Of a stretch of 64,000 nucleotides of DNA, positions 36,128 to 50,370 are shown piece after piece. Positions within the stretch are counted from its first letter, which is position 1, and the number at the start of each line of letters is the position of its first letter. A model generated the notes under the pieces. That model ran no database searches, was not told the origin of the DNA, and was given only the letters and a program-made list of their open reading frames with translations. Location of the stretch: the NCBI GenBank assembly GCA_047967505.1, contig CM106538.1. One strand, 5' to 3'. The position numbers and the translations under genes were made by a program. Source of the DNA: Dipteris shenzhenensis. Lineage: Eukaryota.

Positions 36128-39020
36128 GTTGTGAGGCCTTACAAAGTCATTGGGTTGGATGGCAATTCGTATCCTCCTTCCCATTGGTTGCCAATGGATG
36201 TCTTGGTTCTTCTTCCTTCCACCTCGCACCCCTTGCCCCACCCTTCTAGATAAGAGGCCCCCCAAACCACTCGCTCCTAACAAACCTTTTATATCCCCCT
36301 TGAAGGGCTTCTCTCAAGGCCTAGCATCCATCCATTCCCTCTCCCACTACAACTATGATAGGATGAAATGGAATATGCATAAGAATATTACCTATAAATC
36401 TAGATAACTTGCCTCAGAATGGACATCAAAGATGAAGGCATCCCCATCTAATCCTCATAGTACCACAATCTAAAGTGGGATCCGTGATCTCATAAAGGCT
36501 CCTAGTCACATGTCCCTAGAGTGAAACTATCACCTGGAATAATCCAAGGGTATGAACTACATGAATCTACTGGATTCTCCTTGCAATTCCTATGAGGTGG
36601 CTTACTAATTGGAATTTGCAATCATCAGTGTGGAAGGCATTTAAATATGTCCCAAGAAACTCTAGAGGAAGTAGGGGGACTCTCACATGAAGACCACTTC
36701 ATATAGAGAGAAGTACTTAGTGGTTTACCATGCTCATCAAGTTATATTGTCATTCCACATGATTGGTTCCCTATCAATCTCTTCTTGATAGGTAGGGGAG
36801 ACCCTCCAAAGAGTACTCTAGAAACTTGCCCAAGCTTTTAGGATAGCAGCCATAAGAGGGTAGGGCAAAACCCAGAGATGCGCTAATGTAAAGATCCACC
36901 TAGTACTATCCTTCCAATCTGAATGTGTGGAAGGAGAGAAGGCCACTATGAATCTAATGAAGAAAAACTTCCAAGATTCCTACCCTGGCAAGAGTCCTCT
37001 AACCACCACCTTGCATAATAAGATTCTACTTTGCAAGTTTGGATCTATTATATTGAGGCCACCTTCCCACTTGGGTAGGATAAGAGACTCCCAAGCCACC
37101 CTATAGCTCTGGTATGTGCTAAACCAGTTAGACCACTCTAAATAAAACTCCTTATCAATCATATAAGCTAAGCAATGTAACCCCTAGAATGGCACCAATA
37201 GGAGCAAATAAACCATGTTGTGGCTAACAATACTTGGTTGACCATCACCATCCTAGAAGCAAGGTCAAGTTTGGTTCAGCTCTAAGGAAAAATCTTGCTC
37301 TAGGCACACACTCTCCAGTAGAGGGACAAACTACTAAAATAGAGAGATGCCCACGCCAACCTCGCAGCCCAAGTACCTCACAGAAACATCCCTCTTTGAT
37401 CCAAGTAAAACCAAAACCTCATCACTAATCCAAAAGCCATTGGATTTGTTCTAATTGATGTGTGCACCTGTAGCAATACAAAACAAATCCAAGGTTTCTC
37501 TTAAAGATGTCAGGCTCTATGTAGTGGCATTGTAAAAGCAGTGGTATCACCATCTAGCCTCCATCTAGCTCATTATCCAAGAGCTGCTCATCCGATTTAA
37601 GGGAAAGTCTTAGTTCAATAATGTTTGCCTAGGATCTCAAAAGTCTACTCATTACTTCAAACAAAAATAAATATAAGAAGTGGGCAAGAGGGCATCCCTA
37701 TCAATCTAATCTAGAAATCTAAAATCTCTCTCTCCTTTCTCTCTGATAAGCACGTGGTTGTGGGCTAATATGTATAAGGAGGAGGCCCGTCTTATCCACG
37801 CATTTGAAAACCCATAGCATGCAAGGGTGCCTTCCAAAAAATACTAATCTACTCTATCATATGCCTTTTCAAAATCTAAGAGTAGAATGATGAGGCACTC
37901 ACCACTTATTTGAAGCTTCCCAAAGAGATTAAAGATTATCAAAAATGCTTCTGCCATGCACAAAGACAGTCTATGTATCTTGAATATGATATGGAAGAAT
38001 GGATTATGTCCCAAAAAGTAATTAAAAAGGAAGGTGTTAGCCCATTTGAGCTTAGGCACCTACCCTTGTGAAGGTCAAGAAGTACACTCCCGAATTCAAA
38101 ATTGACATCAAGTAAATCTATCATATGTGGTTTCACCAATGCTGGAATACTCTGCTGGCATCCTCTCAAGTAGGTGAGTCAGAATCTGCTCAAAGATGGG
38201 AGGCATAAAAGTTTGTAGCAATCTGCATGACGGCATCAAGATCTACTTGGAATGATAGCTGAGGTGGGTGAGGGCTCCTTCTAATGCATAGGTGGTGGAG
38301 GAACCACTCTAATCGAGATCTAGCATGGGGTAGAATGTGCGAGGCATGTGATTGGTGTCGAATAGGATGGTAGTGTTAAAGGCACACTCTATTGAGTATG
38401 AGAAGGAGCTGCACAGAAGCTTTCTTATGTCCTTTCTTCTTCTTTAGGCAAATCTCTAGCAAAATTCTCAAAGATCTTGCATATTCAACACGTGTCTTGC
38501 CTCCCCGTGATCTCAACTCTCTGTTAAGAAAGAGAGCCATCCGGGCGATGGTGGAGCATGATGTAGTCATACAAAATGCTAGGGTCAGAGACAGAGACTT
38601 TAAAATCTACAAACACCATCTGATGTGTAATTGCCTTTGCCACTAAATGAGAAAACCAGGAAGGGCTGGGGGAAGGGGATCTCAGTGATCACTCCAAAGG
38701 TAGCTTGAATCGTGGCAAGGAGCCGATGGTAGACCTTGAAAAAATCTCAAAATCTCATGGTGGAGAGAGATCGTTTGCCCATCCTTCTCAACTAGGTCGA
38801 GAATCCAAGAGAGAAGGGCTTGAGTAAAATCATCCTAGAACAAAGCACCAAGGGATTAAGCTCTAAGGTATCAAAAGACACTTGAAAGAAACCTTGTTCC
38901 AAAAGTCTTATCACTACAACATCTCATTTTTTTAGAAGATACACATTCTCATGGCCAATTTGAAGTGGATGAGGATTGACTAGTTGGGTCACCGTTCATC
39001 AAGTTGATTCAAACCATTGT
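36128..39020 (-). mobile_element. Degenerate L1-type LINE (ORF2 RT region plus probable ORF1 remnant)
   Basis: LLLDFEKAYDRVD, GCPLA, VAWESLILPKWEGGLNIID and LHKGRCLSSNGLTPSF (degenerate KAPGPDG) on the minus strand; LLEQGFFQV ORF1-like stretch near 38890. Confidence 0.85.
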
Positions 39021-42000
39021 AAAATCTATCTAACTGTTAGGAGAAGGTAGGGTGGAGAAGGTAGAGCTAGAATGCAGGTAGGGTGGAGAGGGAAAAGCTG
39101 AGAGGGGTAAGGGTGAGGGAGGGGCCGAGGGCTGAGAGGGAGGGTTGAGAGGGGAGAGGCTAAGAGGGGAAAGGGGATAAATGTTGAGAGGGGAGAGGCA
39201 AAGAGGGGAAAGGGAGGGGCAGAGAAGGCAGAGGCTAAAAGGCTGAGAGAAGGGTAGAGTGAGGCTGAGAGAGCTAATGGGAATGGATAAGATTGAGCTA
39301 ACGGTAGAGCCTTCTTGGAGCTGATTCTTGTTGCAATTGAAGTAAAATTTAGAGCTGTTGAAGACACCTTGTTGGAGCTATAGAAAACTTTGTATGGAAG
39401 CAGCAAATGACCTCAACCTGAAGCTAGAAAGACCTTGACTTGCAATAGCTATCTCGAGGCAAAAGTACAATAAAGCTGTACAGAATGAATTGCAGCTTCC
39501 CAATCCCAAAATAACAGTGGGGTGGAGCATATTCAAGGTGCAAGATCCAAGGGGCAAAATCACAATTTGAAATAGTATGTCTTGGAGCAAATTTGAAGGC
39601 CAATTTGAACCTGTTAACAAGTTTCTTGATTCTGGAACTTGAGCAGCAAAACTTTGATCAAGTTGCAAGTGAAAATGAAAAAAAATTAGGAGCATCTTGT
39701 TTACCAACAAATATGACGCGTTGTTTACATACAAATATGACGTGTTTTTCATACTTTAGAAACCAGTAGAGGTATGACCTGATTTGGAGTAGAAGGTAGT
39801 GCAATAAGTTATGATGAGCAATCACGAATTGCAACTAGGAAGGTGAGGCAAGCTAAGGGGGAGAGGAAGAGAGGGAGGTGAGGAGGCTGAACAGTTTGTC
39901 TCCTTCATATGAAGTATTTTTTACTTCATCAAGTATTCTCCTAAAGGCACTACCTATCTCTTTTGATGAGCTGGTGGGTTTGTTGTTTGCAGAAGGAGGA
40001 AATGGTCTCTAATTGCTCCTGGTCACGATGAGCAAGCGCTTGCTACTCATGGCAAGGGAAAATTTCACAAATGAAACCTTTCCAAATAAGTGAATAAGAG
40101 TGATGTTTTGAACGACTATGTAGCATTTGACATGCGTATCTTATAGGCAAGGATTTTCAAGTAGCCCTAGATGATATGGATAAGATGTTTCCATGATTTA
40201 TAGCAATAGATGCTAGGGAGTTGGCATGCGACCTACTCCTTGACTCTTGAGACATCAATCCTTTCATGTTGACTATTGTCTAGTTTCCACACTCTACTTG
40301 GACTTTGTCACATTCTAAGTAGTTATTGGCAGTTATACTCATCATATTGTGCTTGATGTTGATGTTTAAACTTTGAAATTTGAAGATGTGAACTTTTAAA
40401 TAGCCAATATATATGTCAAATTTAAATTCAAAACTAAATCCTAGTTTTATAAACTTTGGAATCAATTCATTAGTCTTTTGGTTGTGGATTGCATGTACTA
40501 TGTACATTGCACAAGTTACTTTGTACATGAAATATGTATGTTCATGCAATTATTAAACTCATATTTATTATAGTTATGTATTAAGAACACATTTCGAAAG
40601 TGTTATTTTTTTAGAGTCTTTAGACAGTTCTATCTGAAGCATGTCTAATGTGTTGTGTCTTACATCTCAACATGACCCTGGCTAGGTAGATAACATGTCA
40701 TGCCTCTTGCTAAAATTTGGATAGGAATAAGAGGCTTTGCAACGTTTTTCAATGGCACATGTTGAGTTGAACTTTGTGAAGCATGTGGATATAAATTATA
40801 GTTGCAAAAACTTTATGCTTGTAAATTTTCACAAGTTTTAAGTAGTTTGCCAGAATAGCCATGAAGAAGTACTAATAGAGAAGACAAGCACACAGCAACT
40901 ACTCAAGCTACCTATTGGCAGGTGATAGTAGACATGCAACAAATAAGCTACCAAGAAGTTAATGCCTCAACTGGATTTTTGTGCAGGCAGCCATGGGCCA
41001 ATAGATTAGAAACATCAAGATGCCACATTAGCTAAGAACAATAGGCTATCAATAGCCAAGACCTTTGGACCATGTAGCTGGCCAAGGTTGTCGAGAGAAA
41101 GACCAACAGTTTGGTCCCAAAGATTATGGTCTCTTCCTCGATATGGACTTGCTAAACTTAGAGCTGGATTCTCACTAATTAGAATGTGTAAAAGATGAGC
41201 TTTTGGAACACAAAGATTGTGAAGACAAATTTGAGAAGAAAAGGAGGATTTTTCTAGATCAAGAAGCTCACGAAAATTGGACAGCCTAGCCAAGAAACCA
41301 AAGAATCCCAAAACACAAAACAATTACTCTCAGTTAATATAAAGCAAAATAAGGATGTAAAAGGAGGAGATAGCCACAGTAGAAACCATCCATCTTGGTG
41401 AAAAACAATTTTCAAAGGTATGATCGAGAAAAAAATGTTAGTCCTATTGCATGGTTGAACTATTACAAGAGCTACTTTTTGGTTTACATCACAAACTACA
41501 AACTAGCATAATATGGCTATATTTGAAATAGTCCCATGTTTGCAAATGGTAGTTCAACCACATCAACTAGCTTCCAAATATACCCATTTGGACCGAAGCC
41601 TTTCCCACATGGATTAAGGGGGTTGGGCTTCCATGAACACATCTAATCTGACTTCCAATCACCTCAAACATGCATCTAGTGGTATTCCTATTAGCTACAC
41701 CATCAACATCATAATATAGATGCAGGTAATCCCACATCATCATGAACAAGATGATGATAGTTATGATTATCAATAAAGGGGAGGAGTTTCCCAACAGGTT
41801 CCAATTATATGGCCAATCTAGAAGTCAATGTGTTATCAATCTTATCGATTTTGAGAGTTTTTTAGAACATCATCTTTTTCGAGGTAGTCGAGAGGGCTAG
41901 GTTCACAATCTCTCCATCGATATAGTGGACCTAATGTGTGAAAGTGGTGAATCAAACAAGGAGGCAAAATATTGTACTTCAAATATTTAAAGATGGGAAG

Positions 42001-42609
42001 ATGAAAAGGCTCTCAAAGTTGCATTAACATATGTAGAAAATGGTGATACTATTTTAGTACCTAACTACAAAATAGTCTTGACCTCACTGTTCAAGGGAGA
42101 GGCCCAAAGATCCTTAGCTCAGAGACAAAGGAATGTACATTAGAAGATAGTTAATTGTGTGGTAGATTGCAAATGAAGGGAAGTTGGGTAGTGGATAAGT
42201 TCTTAGTTGTCATGAAATTGCCCTACATAGTGCAACGAAATATTTTAGCAGCCCCTCTTAAATTGCACTACATAATTAGAGAGTGATTAGCAAGGATATT
42301 TTTTGATTTTTTTCAAATTTGAAAAAAGTTTCATATTATGGCACCAGAAATGATAAAGAAGGAAAAGATGTGGGTTAAGTCCCCACATGTAAGCTTCCAA
42401 ATGAAGAGAGCATCGGGGCATGATACCTATAGAAACATAAGAGGTATTAATGAGGCATGCACAATACATTGGTTGCCATGTGGGTAGCATGCATGAGTAT
42501 GATTAGATATGAGTTATGTAATCCTACACAATAATAATGGTGTTGGCAATACATTGGGCTACACATGGTCCCTTACATAGGCCAAATTTACAAACAAAGT
42601 ATGCACATA

Positions 42610-43480
42610 TCTTTAATACCATGTCATAAACATAGAGTCACTTACCCAAGAAATCCTTGCCCAGGGTTCACACAATGGAGGAAACAAATCTCACTCCAAG
42701 TAAGTTTGTTAAAGAAAATTACAGACACATATTAAAGAGCATGTACATGAAGTAGAACAGCCAAAACATGTATTATAGAAAAATCCAAAATAGGCAAACC
42801 TTGATACAAAATGGTATGCTCAACCTACCACCATCTAGCAACCTAAATGATAATGGAGGTGGGTTAGTCAATACATGATGACTAACTCGTCAAAGTGAAG
42901 GTTCTTAGGGATCAACTTCTGGTGGTTGGTTACAAGGTAGATGGTAATGCTTGGTAACAAGGTGGATGGTAAATAGTTGGCTACAAAGTCTCAAGGTTCA
43001 ACTAGTGGTGGTTGATAACAAAGTGGATGATAACTATTGGTTATGTTCATGGTCCATAGGATTCAAAAGCCCTACAAGGGCTGGTAATGACCATCATGGT
43101 TGAATCCAAGTTCCTTTGAGGAGTTAGGCCCATTTTCCATAGGCACAAGGCTTGTCCCAATGCTAAAACAAATCTCACTCCATCTGGTGCACACAAGTGT
43201 TATTGAAGTAAATTACAGATGCATACTTAGAGCATGTACATGAAGTACAACATCCAAAACATGTATTCCATATAGAAATCTCCCAAAGAGGAAAATCCTG
43301 ATACAAAGTGGTGTTCTCAACCTACTACTATCTATAATCTTGGATGATGATGGAGGAGGGATAATCAACACATGATAACTTAACTCATCAAAGTGAAGGT
43401 TCTTAAGGATCAGTTCATGCTGATGGGTTACGGGGTGGATGATAAGTAGTTGGTCATGCTAAAACCAAGGCTAATGTGGT
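42610..43480 (+). repeat. Dispersed repeat with ~470-bp tandem units (copy 2 of the 18250-18990 family)
   Basis: Shared motifs with 18250-18990; two tandem units. Confidence 0.8.
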
Positions 43481-46054
43481 GATACAAGAGTTGTTGTTGG
43501 TAGTTGCCCCAAGAATTCTTGAGTGAAGGTTTGCAAACATCGAGTTGACCATGTGGATGCCAAACATTGAGAATATGTGTCTAGAGTTGGATTCCATTGT
43601 GAAGGTGGAAAACACATGTTTTTGACATTCCTAGATTGAATATGAATGATCTGTAACACTAAGGGGAATTAAGATCAAGAAGTTATAGATTCCAAAATTA
43701 AGGATAATGGAGAAAATAAGGCATTGGAGGTGTGCTTGGCTTGCTACAATGGCACAAAATATTAGAATGTACATCCAACAATGTATTCTCATCATTTGAT
43801 TTATGAACTCAATCTACAAGGGTCAACCTTAATGCAAAGGCATGTGGCACCTCTTGCATAATGATGATAAGAGTTGGCATCATGGACTTGTTCAAGGTAG
43901 AGATGCTAACAAGGTCAATTGTCAAATATATTAATTGATGGGATTTAATTGCACACTACTAGAGATTCACATAGTAGACTCAATCAAAGACTTTGCTAGA
44001 GACTAGAGAGTTGCAAGTCAAGGAGAGTACAATAAGAGCCTTGGAAGACTAATGACCCAAAGACACTTAGTTACAAAGACATAGTTTTTAGATGGAGCCT
44101 TGGTGGAGGGGATCTATGTGGACAAGCAATTAGGACCTCTTCGCACAACGATCAACACGAGAATATTTCAGAAGATATTAGGGAGTAGTTGCTACTAGTT
44201 GAAGGGAAACATTATTGCTACCTAGTTTGGCTCAAGTTGAGAAGTGATTTCTAAAGGTGACGTAGCATGACATCAAAGAGTAGAACCTAGAGTATACACT
44301 AGTACAATTGTTTGGATTACGTTTGAAGGGTGCCTTCAATATGTTCTTGAGAAAATAGAGCACATTCTTCAAGGAGTGGGTCGTGACTCACATTGTCTCA
44401 TTGAGGGCATGTGTTGGAGAATATGTTTCAACTCCCCACATGTAATCCCCCAAATGAGGAGAATATGGGGGAGAAACACGTAAAGAAAGATAGGGGGACC
44501 AATGAGGGAGAAAGAGGCTACCATATGGGCATCACATTGGTTGCCATTGGAGAGCTTCAAAGCAAAAAAATGCTCAAGTTGATGCCTTTATAACCTTTAA
44601 TAATAAAAACCTAAAACATTCGCCTGAAGGCAAGCATGTGCATGTGGAATAAGAACATTCAAAACCGTACGTTATCGGGTTGAGCTTGAAATACCATAGT
44701 CAACCCTCACATCACTCAAACATTCCCTTAGTAAAAAACTGATAGTAGACTCCACACACATATGTACCTCATAAAACCCCTAGTTCCCTTCAAGCAAAAC
44801 AAGACTATCATGTGCCATGTGACCCATGTAATAAAAGCATGAACACATCTTTCACCATTAAACAACATCATTCCTAACCCTCATTTGGAACTTAAAACTC
44901 CACTCATCGACATTGGGACATTCACCACCCACTGACCCATCATCAAAGATAACCTACACATGGTTAAAATAAACTAACACACCTTGCTATCAAACTTAAA
45001 TAACACTCCACGCTTCACTACATATGCACATATAAATAACACTCTTCACTACATCAAGCCAAAATACACAAACATTCAAGTCCAAAGGAAAATGAAAGCA
45101 AGTGAAGCAAAAATTTAGATGTGCAATTGGTAAGCTAATATTAGCTACCACATATAGTTCTACTAAAACTTTGTAAATAAGTTCTCCTATAAATACATAT
45201 GTTAACTATGTGTGACTTAGCCTTTGCTCACTGTTAGCCATGAATGAGATTACTATTTTTTGTAATGTTATTGATGCCATGTTTGTATTGGAAAGTTCAA
45301 GCCAATTATTGCCTCCATGTGCCTATCTCTTACTTAAATACATTTATTTAATTTTTTCAAAGTAGTCATGGTTGGTGAGAATGATGATGTCAAATGAAAA
45401 AGGAGTGGTAACTTGTAGAGCAGACTAGTTTCCACAAATAAAAGATTTAATGCATATAAAATGTTGTAGATATTCTCCCAAAATTTTCATATGTGGTGAG
45501 GACACCCTTAGTCAAGGTTTCTTTTTTAAAGTCAAGCTTCTATGGCATTTGTGTTGAGATTTGAACATTATATCTAATTATGTACGATAGCCTAAAAAGT
45601 CAAGTACTAGATATACATGAAGATTTCCCTTCAACTAATAAACCTTTTTACATTAAAAGAAACAATGCATAAGGATGGTTATGAAGTCTTAAACCAAAAT
45701 GTAAGGTATGTTTTTTAGGTTCATTATTATTTTTCTTAGCACATTTAAAGTTCATGTCTCTATTTAGTAAAATCCATGTCCTTTTCTACGAAAAACACTA
45801 TATTTTAGAAATTTATTTTTTGAAGTCCTTATTTATTGATGATGTTGGTAAAGAACCTAATGAATCATAAATGCTATATTAATTTGAATTCTAATCATCC
45901 TTGAAGATTCTTTGTAAGACTATATAACGTGGGAGTATTTCTTCCTTGTCCCTCAATATTACGCTTTAACCCTACTATTGCATAACATTATTGGGTATTA
46001 TAATACCAAATGGTATGTTTTCCCAAAACTTTATCATGCTACCAAGAAGGATGG

Positions 46055-46511
46055 ATACAGTAAACTATGTGAGCTATTCATCCACATGAAAACTATGTAG
46101 GGATTGGCATGCATATAGTATGGGGTCGGCACAACCAAACATGAAAAGTTAAAACAACTACTAGACATAATTGTACTTGACGTTGCTTGATGGTATATGA
46201 AAGCACTGGGAAAACTATAATAAATGTTGTCCCTAGGTAACATCCATGTCCTTTTCAAGTTCTTCGAAGGGAGACAGCTACAAAATCTCTTTTCCAATGA
46301 GTAACATGGGCTGCTATTTCAATAGTTTGCAAGAGGATGCACATGAGTGGGCCACAATGTTAGAAAGATAAAATAATTCAATGAATAAGTACAATGTGAT
46401 GTTGGATGCATGGGGGAGAGGGGTATACTTTGTTTGTTAACCTTTTGAATTGGATTTACTTTTTAAGATGTTTGCATTGCCTCAATTGTTGCTATAAAAG
46501 TGGTGTTCACC

Positions 46512-46576
<65 letters not shown>

Positions 46577-47065
46577 TACACACACACACACACACACACA
46601 TGTGAGCTATACAGTAAACTATGTGAGCTATTCATCCACATGAAAACTATGTAGGGATTGGCATGCATATAGTATGGGGTCGGCACAACCAAACATGAAA
46701 AGTTAAAACAACTACTAGACATAATTGTACTTGACATTGCTTGATGGTATATGAAAGCACTGGGAAAACTATAATAAATGTTGTCCCTAGGTAACATCCA
46801 TGTCCTTTTCAAGTTCTTCGAAGGGAGACAGCTACAAAATCTCTTTTCCAATGAGTAACATGGGCTGCTATTTCAATAGTTTGCAAGAGGATGCACATGA
46901 GTGGGCCACAATGTTAGAAATATAAAATAATTCAATGAATAAGTACAATGTGATGTTGGATGCATGGGGGAGAGGGGTATACTTTGTTTGTTAACCTTTT
47001 GAATTGGATTTACTTTTTAAGATGTTTGCATTGCCTCAATTGTTGCTATAAAAGTGGTGTTCACC

Positions 47066-47119
<54 letters not shown>

Positions 47120-47120
47120 C

Positions 47121-47186
<66 letters not shown>
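46055..47186. repeat. Near-identical 554-bp-period tandem duplication ending in (CT)n(CA)n and (CT)n..(TG)n(AG)n microsatellites
   Basis: Units start ATACAGTAAACTATGTGAGC at 46055 and 46609; only two substitutions noticed. Confidence 0.95.
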
Positions 47187-47549
47187 GACAACCATAAATC
47201 TCCCATGCCTTGATTTAGATTTTTTGATCATTAATGTACTACAATTTTCAAACATGTGAATTAGCTTGCTTGATCAATCACATAATCGAACTCTTATTTC
47301 AGATGATGCAAATTATTCACAACATCGATACTTTGGTCAGGTGCCTGAGCAATTAGGTGCTTATTTCTTGCTAGCAGAAGACATTGCAAGACGACAATGA
47401 TGGCAATGTGATGCTTCATACAGTAAAAGGTATCGAGGCTTTGAGGGAAGGCCCAAGAAAAGATTTGTAGTTTTAATTAGCCTAGCATGTAAATTTTAAA
47501 GGCTTATACATTGTTAAAGGCTCCATTGCTCATTAGAAATGAATGACTA

Positions 47550-48222
47550 ATGTTAACCTTTAAAAGGAAATCTGATTTCTTCATGATCATGATGTTATTA
47601 ATTCGATGTAGTTATTGTGTCTTTCGATCTTAAATTTATTTTAGTCATTAAGAAAAATATTCATAATTCTATTCATATATAATAATATTTGAGATTTGAA
47701 GTATGATATGCAATATTACAGAATTTCAATAAACGACCATGAGACAAGTACATTACATGCCTAAAAAAGGTTGAAGGGGGCCATTGGAATCAAATTTTAG
47801 AAAGTTAGGTTCTTAAAGCAATATTAACTATAGTAAAATATCTATTGTTGGGTTAGCAATGAGCATGTTTCCTCAGGTAGTTTTGGAAAATTATACTAGT
47901 AAAAGGATTGATGTTAATCTTCAAAAGGAAATCGATTTTCTTTATGATCATGACATTACTCACATTGTACCCATACATGTTGTAGTTATTTTTAAGTGAC
48001 TGTGCAGCTAAAACAATAAGTAGATTCTACTCATTATAAAAGCAAAACTATCATGACTAGATTCTATATTTGCATATAATAATATTTGAGACTTTCAAGT
48101 ACAATATGCAACGTTGCGGAGTTTGAGTAAATGGCCTTAAGACAAGGACATTCAACACCTCAAAAAGGTTGAAGGAGGGAGTAGGAATCAAAATTCCAAA
48201 AGTTAGGTTCTTAAAATGATAT
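47550..48222. repeat. Older diverged tandem duplication (~360-400-bp period)
   Basis: AAAAGGAAAT...ATGATCATGA, ATATAATAATATTTGAGA, AAAAAGGTTGAAGG, GGAATCAAATT and AAGTTAGGTTCTTAAA each occur twice in order. Confidence 0.8.
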
Positions 48223-49917
48223 TAGGGCCTTTTCCCACCTATTGTTATGTTATGTAAAATAACTACTTCAATTATTTTAAAGTTATAACCCTAATAATTC
48301 CTCTCCCATCGGTACCCATTATATTATGCATAAAGTCATCTTAACAATAAATTCAAGATCCCTTTTTTGAAAAAAATGGTATATCTTTATGTTGTGATAT
48401 CCATTCTCTAAGCTTATAATTACAATGGCTAAAGGGCTTTCAAACGAATACCCATCTTATAGTTTCGTCTCGACCTTCAAAAATACGTAACAAAAATCTT
48501 GATTAAAGTAGCATTCCCACTCTTCACGTTTAAACCCTCATTTCTATATTTCAACTTAGTTCCCTTCACAAAAGGTCTTGAAAGTACTCATTTACTAGGG
48601 GCTAATTTTTCAAGCACCTAACATGTCGTTAAGAGATTTAAAAATAATTGGGCCCCCTTGAGCCCTAATCGGAACGCACACTTCCTTTACAGTCCTTAAC
48701 TAGTTTCGAAAAGTTTTGGAAAGTTCAATCTTGAATATTTTAGGTCCTTCAAAATGATGACAGATACTCTTAACAAGAATTATTTAAAGAATTGGTGGTA
48801 ATTGATAAAGAGTTTGTAATTTTTGCATAGCATCAAATCACCTAAGTTACAATATTAATCTTACATGGAGTTTTAGGAGAGCATACAATGTTTGTAGGAG
48901 AGTAGATCCTCATTATATATATCTAAATGGGCACTTTTATAGGTGACTATATTGGCAAAAGAAGGTGAGTATGAAGTGTGAAGTGTGAAGGGGAAGTGAG
49001 AAGTGAGAAGTGTGCGAAAGTGTGGGATTCTTGAGTTGTACTAGTGCTTCTCACCTTGGTGTGGCCAATGTGACAATTCAAGAGCCATGGGAGCTGAAGA
49101 GAAAGAAAAGAGCCATGGGAACTGAAGAAAATAAACCTTTGGTAGGGATGGGACCACTCAAGAGGAATAGAAAGTCAAGATACTTGTTCACACTTGGCCA
49201 CACGTGGTGATAGAAACCACTATTGAGGCATGCACATAAGCATTTATATTCCATGTTTTTGCTAGATTGATGATGCTTGATTAATTGCACTACCACAAAG
49301 CCAATCCCTCTAACCGATGCATCAACGCCCTCTCATACATGTTTCCTCTCTCTCTTCTTACTAGAATGTTGAGGCCCTTGATGTCTATTTCTATACTTAT
49401 TCTTCTCTTAGAGTTCTTGGCGCACAAAGGGTTAGTGGTCACGGGATGCGCAATGGTCAAATTGGATCATTATAAAACTTAGCTTTACCTTGAGCTTTTG
49501 GTAAACCATTATTGAGGCTTGCTTTTATTTTAGTGGAGCCTAGTAGAAACGTGCCCAATGAGCTTTCCATTGTGTCTTTAAGGTGCTTCATACGCCAAGG
49601 TGTGTCAAATGCTTATAGAAATCAATCTGAAGTCAACATGTGCAGAAAGGTAACTTTGCCATCCCTATTGTGTTCCATCACCAGAGCATTTCTTGTGAAC
49701 GTTTGATGCATGCAATCTAATGTGGGAACCTATTATATGTGCCCTCCCTAGTGTCAACTTCAGGAATTCTTTCAATATTTCAATCTATTGAACGAGTCTA
49801 GACTCCCTCACCAAGAGATTAATTAAAAAGGTCATGCTAGGTAAAGTGGAAACTAGGAAAAAGGTCCGAATCTTCGAGGCCCAATCGAAATGCGACAATT
49901 GGATTGTAGATGATGTC

Positions 49918-50370
49918 GCCACGTAAGATGCCAAGAGCTCAGATTCCCGTCGGCGACTATATATCCGTCATCTTGTCTTCAGAAATCCGTCGTCCTGCTG
50001 GGAATTCCGTCGTCCCCGGCTGTAGAATTCCGTCGTGAGAATCCTTGGTTCCGTCGTCTCCTTCTGGAAATTCCTTCGTGAGAGAATCTTCGTCCCCTTC
50101 CGTGAATTTCCGTCGTGAGTATTATTTGGTCCCGTCGCGTCCCCTGCTCTGAATCCCGTCGCCAGAATCCTGCTGATATTCGTCGAATTCTGTGAATTCC
50201 GTCGTCCCCTGCTTCAGAAATCCGTCTTCTCCTGCGTCTCCCTGTCGCTCACCCCCAGAATTCCGTCGGCTCCTCCATCTCCCTTGCGTGGATTCTGTCT
50301 CTCCATCTGCTTGATTCCGTCTTCAAGCTCCTGATTTTCATCCCCGCCATCGAGAACTCTGCTGCATTTC
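49918..50370 (+). promoter_or_regulatory. Choline kinase promoter and 5' leader: ABRE, TATA-like box, CCGTCG array
   Basis: GCCACGTA (rc TACGTGGC, ABRE) 49918-49925; CTATATAT ~49957; about 10 exact CCGTCG in 49947-50270; CpG-rich unlike the flanks. Confidence 0.65.

Noticed and set aside
39900-45100. Coding-like decayed sequence and a possible PPT/LTR start at ~44411
   Set aside because: No motif could be assigned with confidence; probably old transposon debris.
46034-47259. Duplicated 82-99-aa ORFs
   Set aside because: They arise from the tandem duplication and run into microsatellites; no coding signature.
49940-50340. Repeat-spacer pattern as a CRISPR-like array
   Set aside because: The core is only 6-10 bp with irregular spacing, in a plant gene leader.
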